A DNA stretch of 64,000 nt. Source: Raillietiella orientalis (taxonomy: Eukaryota). Made by a program: the position numbers and the translations under genes. Location of the stretch: assembly GCA_036172245.1 (NCBI GenBank), contig JAYWIR010000012.1, positions 682,001 to 746,000 of the forward strand, written 5' to 3'. Every line of letters starts with the position of its first letter. Position 1 is the first letter of the stretch. The notes beneath the pieces are model-generated. The model had not been told where the DNA came from. It saw nothing but the letters and a program-made list of their open reading frames with translations, and searched no databases. Positions 31,301 through 43,250 of the stretch are shown one piece after another.

Positions 31301-31540
31301 TTAATGATTTGTTCCACTAACAAAATGAAGCGTTGACTAAGAAATCTCTTAAACATAAACAAAAAATGTGTCTTAATAACATAAACCCACTTTGCAATTT
31401 TAAAAAGCGTGCCTCAAATCATTATTGTGTGCATGCTATTTGATCTCTGATGGAAAGAGATTAATGAGAAAAGAATACAGTACCTGCTTTCCCCATTTCC
31501 AATCAGGACCTCTGATAACCCTTGCACCTATGCCATTCAT
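6608..31540 (-). CDS. mib1: E3 ubiquitin ligase mind bomb 1 (Mib-Herc2, ZZ, Mib-Herc2, 2x Mib/SH3-like repeat, ankyrin repeats); 3'-partial, continues beyond the left edge of the window
   Basis: Ten exons with GT-AG boundaries and consistent phases: 31484-31540, 29682-29823, 27093-27276, 26811-27045, 23915-24034, 23541-23867, 23345-23492, 23051-23292, 22649-22998, 6608-6827. The joined translation [52 protein letters not shown]...[23 protein letters not shown]...[12 protein letters not shown] matches MIB1. I found no later ankyrin or RING exon in 1-6607. An AG just upstream of the ATG allows an extra 5' exon. Confidence 0.96.
10313..10348. repeat. (CA)n microsatellite
   Basis: About 14 perfect CA units followed by TACACACA. 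Confidence 0.9.
18960..20750 (+). mobile_element. Heavily decayed non-LTR retrotransposon RT remnant (RTE-like) in the mib1 intron
   Basis: Broken-frame traces: KMNAAKRLG (like MKxGKAPG), RRFSLLRVT (like RGISLLSV), [10 protein letters not shown] (like YLGS..), [17 protein letters not shown] (like RTE C-terminus); many stops. Confidence 0.35.
21984..22021. repeat. Perfect inverted repeat (hairpin)
   Basis: CATAAATTATGAAAGCC-TTCA-GGCTTTCATAATTTATG: 17 bp perfect stem. Confidence 0.9.
22649..24034 (-). CDS. mib1: mib1 cluster of five exons (Mib repeats and first ankyrin repeats) separated by 47-52 nt introns
   Basis: Exons 23915-24034, 23541-23867, 23345-23492, 23051-23292, 22649-22998; motifs [52 protein letters not shown]. 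Confidence 0.93.
26811..27045 (-). CDS. mib1: mib1 exon (Mib-Herc2 domain 2)
   Basis: [41 protein letters not shown]...[16 protein letters not shown]. Confidence 0.93.
27093..27276 (-). CDS. mib1: mib1 exon (ZZ zinc finger)
   Basis: [48 protein letters not shown]. Confidence 0.93.
29682..29823 (-). CDS. mib1: mib1 exon (Mib-Herc2 domain 1)
   Basis: [47 protein letters not shown]; ttcag acceptor, gtaagt donor. Confidence 0.93.
31484..31540 (-). CDS. mib1: mib1 first coding exon
   Basis: [19 protein letters not shown] followed by a GT donor. Confidence 0.85.
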
Positions 31541-32407
31541 TACCTTTTAAACAAATTGCTATTATTGCAAGAATTAGCACCTTCGATTCCTATCTTCTGA
31601 TATGCAACCTAAAAAACGTAATATCGGATGAATTGAGTTTCTGTTGATTTTTTAATTCTTTTCTCCACATTCAACACGATGGTCAAATTCATCATACATT
31701 GCAGATCACTTGGTAACTTTTATCACTTCGGATTCTCATTCAAGATTAATTATTCTTTCTTCTTAGAATTACAAGGGCCGGTTTCCCTTTTAAATGTTGA
31801 GCTTTTGCATTCAATGTATACATTTATAGTGCAGAGTGTACTCTGTTGCATCATGATATGTACTAAGTTTAGGTGCTTCAGATTAGTTTCTTAAAAGACG
31901 AATTTATGCTGCCATTAGTTACTAATGTATCCATCGCGGATTCATTGACCTTAAAATGCCTTAAGTAAATGGGAACGAAGTTACAGGTAAATAGGATATA
32001 ATTTAAGTACTTGGTTTTCACTATACATAGTCATTCAATAACCATATACAAACATATAACCTGAATTTCGTGCTGCTGTTCAAAAACCTGAAAAAACTGT
32101 CTTGCAAATGTTCATTTTGTAACGGCATTATATCTTTCCGTTTTGTATTTCCAGCTTGCATCACCAACTTTGTTGGTGTCCATCGCGCTCAAAGATCCGC
32201 ATTGCAAAAAGCCTAGTCGGACTCGGGATTGCCTCTGGAAGTGTTGTCTCCTTGCGTGACATGACCTTAAAACACTTGGAATTTGAAGTTTTCGGATTAG
32301 TCCAAGGTTAGCGTTTTTTTTTTTATGTAAGCATTCTTGTGGTTTTGTGGCCGGAAAGCAGCAAAGATCGACTTCTGAACGTTCAGTTGTACGTACAATT
32401 TGCCCTT

Positions 32408-35320
32408 ATGTCGGAGAACAACCAACGGTATAAAGACCGTAAACAGAACCTGATAACCGAGCAACTACTTATTCTGCAGGCCAACGGTTATATTCAGGTG
32501 CTGTAAATGCACCAAACCAAGGGAAAATCCACCTTCGGTATCAGGAAAAAAGAATAGTATTCTGTTGCATGCTTAATTGCTCATCAATTGCAACAGGTTT
32601 CGTCTGCTTAATAGTATTGCGTACGAGAAACATGTTTTCCTACCAGAAGCAGTTAATGCTCCCATTATATAAAGTCTGTTAAGCAACTTTCATTTCTTGA
32701 ATGTTACTTATGTACATTTACACACGTGTACAACCCTCTGGCACGGATATGCATCATGCAGTCGTTTGTGTCTGTAAGAGAAATGCCTAACAGTTTACTT
32801 AACAATTGTGTAATTAGCGTGGTGTGATAAAAACCAACTGACCTACTTATCGCAAATTATATTTCCGTAATAACAACGAAACAATTAATTTATCGGACCG
32901 GTTATCCAAGCTATATATGAGATATTCACCTGACCTTCGATGTAGTATACGTGCTCAAGAAGCTGATAACGATTAACATATGGGAGATTCAGCTGCTAAT
33001 CTATGCATTCATCCGGTAACAAACAAATCGAAACTAGATGTTCCCAGGGTTTTTAAACACCCATCGACCGTGTGTCAAACTGTGTTGTGAAAACCACTTT
33101 GTGATTGCTATCTATCAAGGGTTTTAACCAAATGCATCACTCCAAACAAAAGAGCATGCTCACTTTGGACTGCATGATTTGCCAAACTCTAGCATCTACA
33201 TTTGATTTGACAAAAACGATTCCATGATTCCATGTAGTTACTTTAACAGATTTAATTGATGTTGTATACATGAATATCAATACTTGTTTCCCCATTCATT
33301 GCATTACATGTGATTTTCAAATGTGTGGTACTCGTTCAAGGGTAGACTGGGATGCAAGAGTCCACAGTACAGAACTCAAATTCAAATCTCAAATAATTAT
33401 GTCACATTTCTATCCCACTTTTGAAATGTGAAGCACATCACTCATAGAAGCCTCAAGCCATAATTAATGCAAGATTTTGGTGATGAGCACTGGCCGAAAA
33501 TGTACGAATCACTGAGTTAGTTTTTCATTTAGTTTCAAAAAAATGCGGCAAGCTGTGCAATCAGGTTGTGCAATAAAGTAATACGAGTTTCTAGTAATGG
33601 TTTTGCCTCCAATTCAAGGATAACATAGTGAGGTGGACTGACAGTATGGTAAATTACGAATATCTTAACCCGAAATCCAAAACAAAAGGTGAATTTACTC
33701 AAGATTAGTTTAGAAAACTGCAGTGAAAAGTGTCAGCATCTGATCAGGATAAAATAAAACACACAAGACCAGAGATGCCAAAATAATTCAATATTAGAGA
33801 CAAGCACATGAAGGGGGGTTCTAGCACAAAACTTCAGATTCAAAGTGGATCACTGGTTGGATTCCTGATTGAACTGTCCTGATGTCCATTCCTTTGGAAT
33901 CATTACTGTTATTCACTTTGTATCTGAAGGGTTCTTATATAACCTTTAGAAAGTGGATTTGAGTTTCTGTTGCAGTTGGAGTTTCTCTGTATCTTTAATT
34001 ATTTTGTGATCCCTTGCAAGGATTCTGAATAACTGATTTCTCTTCTGCATGGTGCAACCATGTATGTCTTCATGTGAACTTCTAATTTGATATCTCAAGT
34101 GTGTGCAGCAATGAAATACTTTTAGTTGATGATTTTTAGTTGTGTGGATTTAGTATAGTGTCTTTATTTAGATTTCCATCCATTCCCTTGTTCTTTTGAT
34201 TTGATGGATTCTTCTTTTTATTCCAAATTGATTAGTGTCATGGTGTACCTTTATGATTAGAGTTGGGAAGTAACCCTAAGAGATGACAAATGACTAGGAA
34301 ATATCGAAAAGTATTCAATAGAGATGGTAAAATTGCTTTAAATTCTTGTTGTACAAAAAGATTTGTCACATGACCCCAAAGCACCATTTATTGGATTCAT
34401 GACAAGTGTTTGCAAAAATCATGGGAAAGCATTTTAAGGAAAAATCTGCAATCTAAGCCAAGCTGGTTTTGCAAAACTTTGCAGTGTTTTTGTTTTTTAG
34501 GGATGGGGGGGTGCTCAGTTAGTGTTGTGTTTTTTCAATAAAATGTGATGATCTGCATATTCCAAAAATGAATATAATTTTCCTATTGAAGATGTAATGT
34601 GGACATGATGGAAACCGAACCTTCTAAATTGTTTGACCTTGAGAAATCAGCATGATTCTTTCTTGTCTCAAGTCTCAAAAACTGCCTCTGTGGATTTCAT
34701 TGCTGCTCATTGGCCATCGGTCTTGATGTCTTAATCAAATCCTTTGCAATTTAGTGTTTTGTCTTCAGTTCTCTTTGTTTTCAGTAGTTTGACATTTTTG
34801 TTTTTCAAGAACTTTACTTTGTTTTGTGAAAATTGTTTTGGAAATAATTCTGGTTCCAGAGGCAAGCATTGCTTTTTAAAACGTTTGCGAGTCGACCATA
34901 GTAACCACTGTGGCATTTTGATCAAGCAGTGTGGTGTACAAATTATTAAACTGAACAAGCAACTCAGAAAAAATATCCAGTTTTATCCTGAAGTGTGGCT
35001 CTCGAAGATGCATTCATGTAAAAAAAGGTTTCAAGGGTACCAAAGGCAAGAGTACCGGTCTTTGCATGGAGAACAAATAGTGTACAGACAGCTTGCATGT
35101 AACATTGTACATTTTTCCTATGATCTTAGTATCAGCGTGAGTGATCATAGTATCATTTGTGATTTACCCTTATGCTTATTTATCCTCATGCTTCAATTGC
35201 TATCTGGTTTATGTTTATAGTGTGCACGACCACAAAGAAAAAAAATACATCAATATCTTCGAGAGGAACTTTCAGAAATGTTCAATTCTTTGGCCAGAAA
35301 AATGCCTGTTACCAAGGATA
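32408..35320 (+). CDS. Candidate spliced gene head-to-head with mib1; degenerate RING plus coiled-coil, loosely RNF212/Zip3-like (possibly a pseudogene)
   Basis: ATG at 32408 and a 52-nt GT-AG intron (32428-32479) give MSENNQRPTVIFRCCKCTKPRENPPS. The ORF near 34811-35100 reads NFTLFCENCFG...NHCGILIKQCGVQIIKLNKQLRKNIQFY...KKRFQGYQRQE. A further putative exon starts at 35221. The CxH RING ligands were not found. Confidence 0.3.
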
Positions 35321-38246
35321 GAGTCACAAGGATAAGAGTTGCGTGCTTTGTGCCGGTTTGCAAGCAGATGAAGAAAAAAACAAACGGTTTGCTGCTTTTG
35401 CGATTTCGCATCTTCATATGGGTTGCATTTCTAAAATCTTTATCAACCTGTATCCAATGAGAAGTGAAACCTCGTTTGATCATCAAGTGGTCCTTCTGCT
35501 GCTTCATTTGTTCGTACACATTTGTTACTGTGGAATGCTGAGTATCTTGCACTGAACATTGCCTCTGCACTCGCGGGTGCGAAGCTTATGGGAATTCCAA
35601 TTATTGGGAAATTAAAATGTGGACATGCATTTTGAATTGAATTTTTAAGATTCTGTATTAAACACTTGCGACACGATTGGATCACATTATCCTGATTCTG
35701 ATTCTGGTTTATGTCTCTTTTCCAGGTGTTTTTTTTCGCAAGGTAAGTCTTCAGCTAGAAACATCCGGGAAGTAAAGTTGTGATCAAGATGAGGGATCTT
35801 CATTTGTCATAGTAGCTTCTGTGTAGCTTGGTATAATGAAAAGACGCCGTGCTTTTTCTGTCGGAAGTAGTGCAAACTGGTGTCCTAATGAGATTTTTGT
35901 GTCGAAAGTTGCATTACTTGTTCAAGGTTTCCTTAGCATGAATGCATCCTCGATTTGATTCCACGATAAGCGTCGGAGGTGCACGAATCGCATGTAGAAT
36001 CGTCGGACCAATGCAGTGATCAGAGATTTCCTTGGTTTGTTTATTCTTGAATGAACTCGTTTTCCTAGTTATCTCGGAAAGAATCATTTCCGTGATAAAC
36101 CGCTGGCACAAAGCTCGTGAAGAATTCCGCATCTCAGCGAAACTTTAGCAATTACTACTTTTAATGGATCATGCACGCTCAAAACAACGAAAATGGAGAG
36201 CAAACCTTCGGTTAAGTCTTTTCCAGAGCTCAGTATAAAAGTAAAATGTTTCGGGCAAATAATGAGTTAACTGATAGTGTAACTTCGAAAATAAATTTCT
36301 GTAGCGTTTTCGGTCCGTGTACAATTAATTGAATTTCTCCTTTTTAATAAGTATACAATGCAGAAATCAATTGAATTGAATCTGAAAGGATGGTGTAAGA
36401 ATACTCGCAAAGGAACGGTTAGAGGGGTGATTCAAGGTGAAGAAGAAAATGTCGATCAGATGTAAGCACTGCAATAAACTTTATTTAATCACTTTCAGTT
36501 TTCCCATATCCCTAACTGTTTGAAGGTGTCACTGGTTACAGCATACAGGAAGCCCGAAATCGAAAATCACTTCTGTAGCTTTTCAGAATGCAAGAACTCT
36601 GAGCAAACTGGATTTTGACAATTTCCAAATCCGTTATTAGAAACCGATGTCTTAACAAGATGAATAAAGGCCAAGAAATTGCAACCGTGTGTGGTCAGAA
36701 TTTCGTTCTCAGACAAAGCATCCGTTTATTGTGGCGAATGCTTTTCAACTACACCAATCTCCCAGTATAGTAATGTGCCGATAATACTGTAGGATTTTGT
36801 ATCCGTACGTGCACGTGTACGTGCAGAAAAGAATTACCTAGGAATTCTTAGGAACACGCTAATTCCATTTGCAAAACTGAAGACACTGGAGATTGGATTG
36901 CGGTAATTCATCTAACAGAGCAGGCTGGTCATACACTGAACGTACACCGAACCCAACTCTCGTGTTGAATCAATGTGATGTTGAGCAGCAATCCCCCCCT
37001 TCGAGTATTTCTTTCCTTGTTTCTGTCTGTGTATCTCTTTCCCACAAGAAAAATGTTCGTTTATGTCACTAATGGTCATGTCATCTAGTTGAACAACCGC
37101 GGGCAGAACTTCCGAGGTCCGCCGGCTTGTTGGCTTGCTTGCGCAACACGCAAGCTGTGTCTTCGCGCGTCGAGCATGAGGATGCAACGCAGATAGATAC
37201 GAAAGGACGGATTCCTGCGTGCTGCACGGAATCGCAGTGCCGATGCACCCTTCCGCCTTATGATTGACGGTTTGCACGCGACCGCGCAGTCCAATGGTGT
37301 GAAGCCAGTGCAGCTGCAAAATCCTTTCTCGCAAGGGCATTTCAGATACAACGATGTCTAGAGGGTCCATGCCGACTATGACCTCCGCCCATCGGCAAGA
37401 CGGCTTTACGAAACTTTACAAGGGTTCTTTGTTTCCTGTCCTACCGTCGGCAGATAGCCTCAGGATTTTTTCCCTTATTATTTCTCTCAAGGTAGCACAA
37501 GAGAGCTCTCGGGTGAACGGGTTAACAGCTCGGTGCTGCTGACCGTTTCAAATGATGTCGGCGGTTTTTTCCTATTATCATCAGACAGTAGGCGGAAGTT
37601 GCAGGCGGACAATTTCCCCGCCTATTATCTGATGTCCAGATCGAAAGTGTCAACGAGTACATCGCGGAAGGTGTTTATCTGGTGCAGGAACGCTGAGGCC
37701 AGCCTCCACCACAGTTCCTGGAGAGCATCGCAGTCCAAAAACAGATGCGATGGGGTCGCCTTTGCCGACCCACACTTGCAGCAGTTCGGAGACGCTACTG
37801 AACCTGGAGACGAGGGTGTGCAGGCGCTCATTGCTCTGGAATCCCCAGTGCAGAAAGAGCGCTCACTCACAGGAACACGGAAGTGTTCCAACACGAGAGA
37901 GAAAGCACAAGTTCCCCGGAAGCAACACTCCAAAGTCCACTCCATCAAAGGAAGGAGTCCCGTCGCCAGAGTATGCAGCGTGGCAGGATCCACCAGTTCG
38001 CGTGTCTTCCAGCCACCAAGGAGAAAACTCCCTGCGAAGGTGCTGGATGTGAACGCGCACCTATTCGGTCGGCAGCTGTAGTCGGTTGCCCTGCAGGCAA
38101 ACAGCGCCGCGGCAAGGGGTGTTGTGGCCACTTTGCCGTGTCCTGCATCGCCACTTCCAGAGGTCGTGGGGTGCAAAGATCCTCCGGGCGCATTCCGTGG
38201 GATGCAGTCTAGGACTCAACAGTTTCCTGCCGCCTGACATCAAACC

Positions 38247-38435
38247 TGCGGAAGATTCTTCACGCAAGGCGGTCTGTATGTTGGTGGGCGTGATCGCCAA
38301 GCAGATGCTACATCCGCGCCATTGTCGCAGCCCTTTCCGTGATGGGATCTCGTTCGCAGCGAAGGGAGGCCGCCGGAGTGGACGGCTACGAGGAACCTCA
38401 AGGCAAAGTCCCCAGGGTGATCTCCTGCGAGCTTC
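38247..38435 (+). repeat. Left arm of a dispersed inverted repeat (LINE ORF2 C-terminal piece); partner at 40900-41132
   Basis: For example, TTCGCAGCGAAGGGAGGCCGCCGGAGTGGACGGCTACG recurs exactly as a reverse complement near 40988-41025. Confidence 0.85.
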
Positions 38436-40899
38436 AGAGTGCTATGGAACGCATATATGCGTCTGACGAAGACGATCGGCGTATTCTATGGACGTATATA
38501 GTTCGGAGAAATGTATATGCATTTGGCAAATGTATTTACCTTATACAGGCGGCATTGGTTTAGACTATCAACGTTTGATGTGGACACACTTGCGTTCTTA
38601 TAATTCTGTGAGCAACGACAGTAACAACTCCCATCTTGCCGGTTGGCAGCTGTCTTCTCTTGCCTTCAGGGCAGACAGCACTACGGCACACCTGTCGAAG
38701 GTGTCATTCCAAGGGTGAGCGCAACCCTGTGTACCACCTTTCTGCGGACTTTAGAAGGGATTGCAAACAGTTGCTTCCTCTTTTTCATGTTCTCCCACGC
38801 GGGGGCATTCGTCGTAAGATGTGCTTGCATTCAGAAAGTCCCGGACGAATGTAAACGAAGGGTCTCAGTAGGATTATAGATGTGTCCGAGTCGGGAGGCA
38901 AATCACTTCGCAAGCCATGTCGAGCGAAGTCCTCACAGGGAAAACAAGGAAAAACAGGAGGGAAGTAGAAAAGAAAAAGAATCAAAATCGTCATCCTCAG
39001 AAAGGAAAGACACAGTTAGGGTGCTCCCCCTGCTGGCATAACAGCTTTCGGCGCAGCTTCTCTCACTGAGACTTCGCATAGCTACTTTCGAAGATTGCGA
39101 AAGAATAGGCACAAGTCGAACTCCCACGTGCATTTTTTCCAGACATGTCGCGGATCGATCCCTCCGCAAATGCGCCTGTAAACACCGCAACGAGTTCCAG
39201 AGGTGACACTGATTTACTACAACACCTAGGCAACCTTGGAGAAAACAAAACAAGAGAAAAAAAGAAAGGAAGAAAGACAAGCAGAAATTTCGCAAGATGC
39301 TGTCCTTGGAAACCAGGGAATTCCCCTTCCCTTGGCGAAAATTGCTTCCCCAGGATCACAAGAATCCATCCCATTTGCCTGCCCCTGCGTTTCCAAGATC
39401 CCCTCCATACCTACGATGGAAACCTTGGCGGTGTGCGGATTAGGTGCCGCAGAGCTTCCGTGGGTGGCTCCTCAAAGAGGTGAGGTGTGGAAATGCACCT
39501 CCCAGTCTTGCGTTTGTCTCGCGTCTTGAGCTTCATGTAACTGGCCGCCGTTCAGCCGGACAATCGTCGCAGCTTCGTGCCAAGCTGGCTCGAGGCGCGG
39601 TCAAGCAGCGCGCTCGCCGTTCGCTCGCGCCCTCATACAACCTTTCAGCTTACCTTGAGGATCCTGATGGAAACATGAATAAAGGAGGACGTAAGGGAAA
39701 GTTCCGCTCGGGAAGAACACTTGTGGCAATCGTGACCAAAGATTCCCATGAACCGGCAGCATGTAGGGAGTGCCGCGAGCGAGTGTTCTCAGAGAGGGCA
39801 GGAGGCTGCGGTTGCTTGGGTGAGAAGACGCGCCACTCGCTGCACCCCGCATGTGCGCTCTGGGAATGCCTACTAGGTGCTGTGACTCATCGATGCTGTT
39901 CTCCGGAAATTCGGAGTGCGGAGGAAGATCACAGAGGCGAGAGCGGAAACGAGGGATGCTTCCCCAGGAAAGCGTCCGGGTTCCCTTGAGGCAGGTGAAT
40001 CTGTGAAGGGGACCGGTTTGGAAATCGTGCACCCAAGTGCTCATTCTGGGCATACGGGAGATCATGGGGGAGGTGTCCAAGCAGAACCGACAAAGTTGCA
40101 GTGTGCCCGCTTACACTGGGAGCGGGAAGAGGAGCTTGTTCGAAAAGAATAAACCTGCAGCTCCACGCCTCACGTCCCAGTGATTGGAACAGTGTTTGGG
40201 GGTTGACAAGCAGGTTCATGACACAAACGGAGGGTAATTGGAAAAGCAAAAACTAAACTAAAATAAAATAAAATTCAATTGTATCTGGTACTTGACGGTG
40301 TTTGAACTCGTCACACTCAGTACTCGTCGCATTTTGACGAGAAAAAAATGTTTCGACGCTCGGCGCATGCTCGGAACTGGACATCCCACTCTCATGATGA
40401 AGCAAGTGAACGCTTTAGTCTCATGGTAGCTCGCGAACAGTGCCGAACACTTCCATAGAGTGCCTCCCGAATCATTCCTCTTTTTGTGTTTTCCGTGAAT
40501 TCTAAGCATCGTCAATCATGGGTCCTATAATGGTTAAAAATGATACCACGAGGTCTAGAGAGGAACTCGCTCGGTGCTCGTCTCTTTCGGCACTCATCGT
40601 GAGTTCCGGAACGAAGTACCGACAAGTACCGAGGTACTACAGCATATAAAAACCGAATCATTTACATTTTGTACCCAGTCACGCCGGGACGTTTACTTAC
40701 AAATAAATAAATTACAAGTCAAAAAAAAGAAAAAAGAAAAAAAAGCAGCACACTGGAGATGACCACCAGCTCTCAGGCCGGCTTCTGAGGGAGTCAAGAG
40801 TGGAAGCGAAGGGGCAATAAATAAGGTAAAAAAAAAGGGGGGGAGAGAGGACAGGGGACTTTGGTCTCAGCTTCTCCTTTCTTCGTGGAGCTGATGCTA

Positions 40900-41132
40900 A
40901 ATGCTGAAGATCACCCTGGAGACTTTCCCTTGCGGTTCCTCGTAGCCTTCCACTCATCGCTTCTCGGCCTTTTGGCTAAGATCAAAGCGTAGCCGTCCAC
41001 TCCGGCGGCCTCCCTTCGCTGCGAACGAGATCTTATCACGGAAAGGGCTGCGACAATGGCACGGATGTAGCATCTGCTTGGAGATCATGGCCACCGACAT
41101 ACAGCCCGCTTTGCGTGAAGAATCTTCTGCAG
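40900..41132 (-). repeat. Right arm of the dispersed inverted repeat, carrying a roughly 47 nt internal insertion
   Basis: Reverse complement of 38247-38435 at high identity by eye. Confidence 0.85.
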
Positions 41133-42619
41133 CAAATGCAAAGCGGCGTCCCCCGGGTGGGGGAGCGACTGCATCGTCGGTGTGGTGATGTGGCAGCGGA
41201 GGCAGCTAACAGCTGCGCAGTTCTTCGAGTCGCCTCGACGCTACGAAGAGTTCCGACAAGATCCCACAGACGGCTTCCCAGGTAAGACCACGCTGTTGCG
41301 GATCTGTCGGGGCGCAGCGCCTCGGCTTCGTCGTAAGCTGCGAGGACGCCGTGCAAGCAGTCGAGAGCTGCGATCGCGCCGGCGGGCGGAAATTTCACCT
41401 GGTCACGCCCGGGTGTTTGGATAAACCGGTCAAACAGTCTCAACACCGAGTGCTGCCGTGGTGTCTTGTGCTTACTGGCGTGCGGCAGGAGCATACACTA
41501 ATGCTCTGAAGGCTGTGCTTGAAAACGTACTGTGGATTGTCGACGGGGCTGGAAGAGCCACGCAAACAAATCTTCAGGAAGTGGCCGGAAAACAGCACAA
41601 GGCAACTCAGGTGTTGGAATGGTTGGGTTTTCCCCATGGGGCACACTTCAGCGCAACGCTTCTCCTCTTCCCGACGGAATGGAAACGCGTTTTCCGCTCC
41701 TTTCCTTGGCGATCAAATGCTCACACTTGCTCGTTGCTAGAAAAGAGCTACTCCTAAGAGGAAACATGAGGAGAGAACTTGCTCACCTTCAACCCTGAAG
41801 ACGTGGGCAGCAGCCTGAAAAAAGTCCATTCTAGGAGAAGAAAAAGACACGCAGGAAAGTAGAGGCAGCGACAACAGTCGTCGCTCGAACGCAGAACAGA
41901 GGGCAGTTACATGGTCAGGAAACACCTGGAAAAGTTGCAGTACGAGGCGAGACCGACGTGGAATATCGTCAGTAGTGCACTCTCAGGCAGAAGAGCTGCG
42001 TGAAGGGTAAGTTCCTTAGGCAGAGCAGGAGGAACCCTCGGTGCTGTTCATGAGGTGATCCTTACGGATGCAGAGCTTGCCCAGAGACTGCTAAAGCCTT
42101 CTATATGCGTCGAAGGAAGAGAGTCTTTCGGCTCCAAGCGGCACCGTCGGTTGCGATCCGGCTATTGAAGACGCTCAGGACCGAAGAGAAAGAATTCCTT
42201 CTCCAGCACCGGAAGCGGCGACGGTGCACGTGTTCTGCTAAAAGTCGGACCGTTTCCAGAGTTTCCAAAGACAAAAGTCAGCGGTGTGACCGCGGCACAT
42301 GTATCTGTGCACGGAAGAAAACAGCTGATCCATGTTGACGCTGGCGTGGCTGCGGTCTCCGCGGCTGACAACTAGCGCTGCAGTTCGAATGCCTTCGTGG
42401 AGGATATTAGGGTTCGGGCTGAAACTGTGGGGTGCATCGTCGGTTCGAGTCTTCATGGCAGGACGAGGCTGGTTGAACAAGGTGGGCGCGGCACCGGTGG
42501 AAAACGGACGCCCAGTTGACATGCCGAGTTTAGAGGTATACCCTCTCGGATCGTTCCAGGAATCAAGGGAGAGATCCCCTCCGGGGTTTCTCCCTGGTCC
42601 GGAAAAAGGAGCCGTACTC

Positions 42620-43250
42620 CACTTCATTGCGCACCATGCAGCAGGTTGATACCCTCCTCGCAAGGTCGTCTTTCCAGAGTGTAAGAAGCGCGCCGCTCCC
42701 TTTCAGGATCGCCCATGCGAGAAATCTGGAAGCGCCCATTCGGGATTAGGATGATGATAGTTTGGCCGTGAAGGAAATTTCGGCATCTCCATGCGCGTGG
42801 TAGATGTAGGTGGGTGCTGAGCGAGCGTCGGATGCTACGTGGAGCGCACATCTGTTGAAGGATGGGTTCTCCGCAGTAGGCATTGTGTACCCCCCTTGCA
42901 TGCCGATGTCAGCTGCAGCGGCTGTGCGAAGGTGCGATGATCGCTGTGTTGAGTTCTATCTGTTGGAGTGTGACTGCTGCTTCCTGCTAGCTGAAGGAAG
43001 CCAGAAAGAACGTGAATCATGGACATGCGTGATTTGCAACGAATTCAGTTTCATTTCATGGCAGTCGCGAACGACCTTCTGCAATCAATACAGGTTATGA
43101 ATGATTATTTCCTCTTTCGTGGGAATGAAATGCACTAAATACTTCCTTAGAAAGAAGGTACCGAAATACATATCTTCATCTATAATGTGAGGATCAACTT
43201 GGATTAGAACTTGGCATAGACCTCCTCCATGAGTCTGTGATTTCACCTGA
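42620..43250 (+). repeat. Duplicated block A (pepsin-like last exon plus 3' flank); partner at 61370-61990
   Basis: Shared strings such as ATCTGGAAGCGCC, GTGAAGGAAATTTC, TTGAAGGATGGGTTCTCCGCA, GCGAACGACCTTCTG, GATTTCACCTGA. Confidence 0.9.

Larger units (their letters stand above)
37085..42620. mobile_element. Cluster of scrambled, decayed L1/Tx1-clade LINE fragments in both orientations
   Basis: Minus-strand RT thumb LHWLHTIGLRGRVQTVNH (37085-37400); minus zf-RVT PNCCKCGSAKATPSHLFLDCDALQELW (37625-38000); minus APE end ASRLGHIY (about 38880); plus RT N-terminus ITEARAETRDASPGKRPG (39900-40250); minus ORF1-like piece (42240-42620). Confidence 0.75.

Noticed and set aside
42390..42465. tRNA-like GGTTCGAGTC motif
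   Set aside because: No acceptor stem or cloverleaf can be formed; it lies within a LINE fragment.
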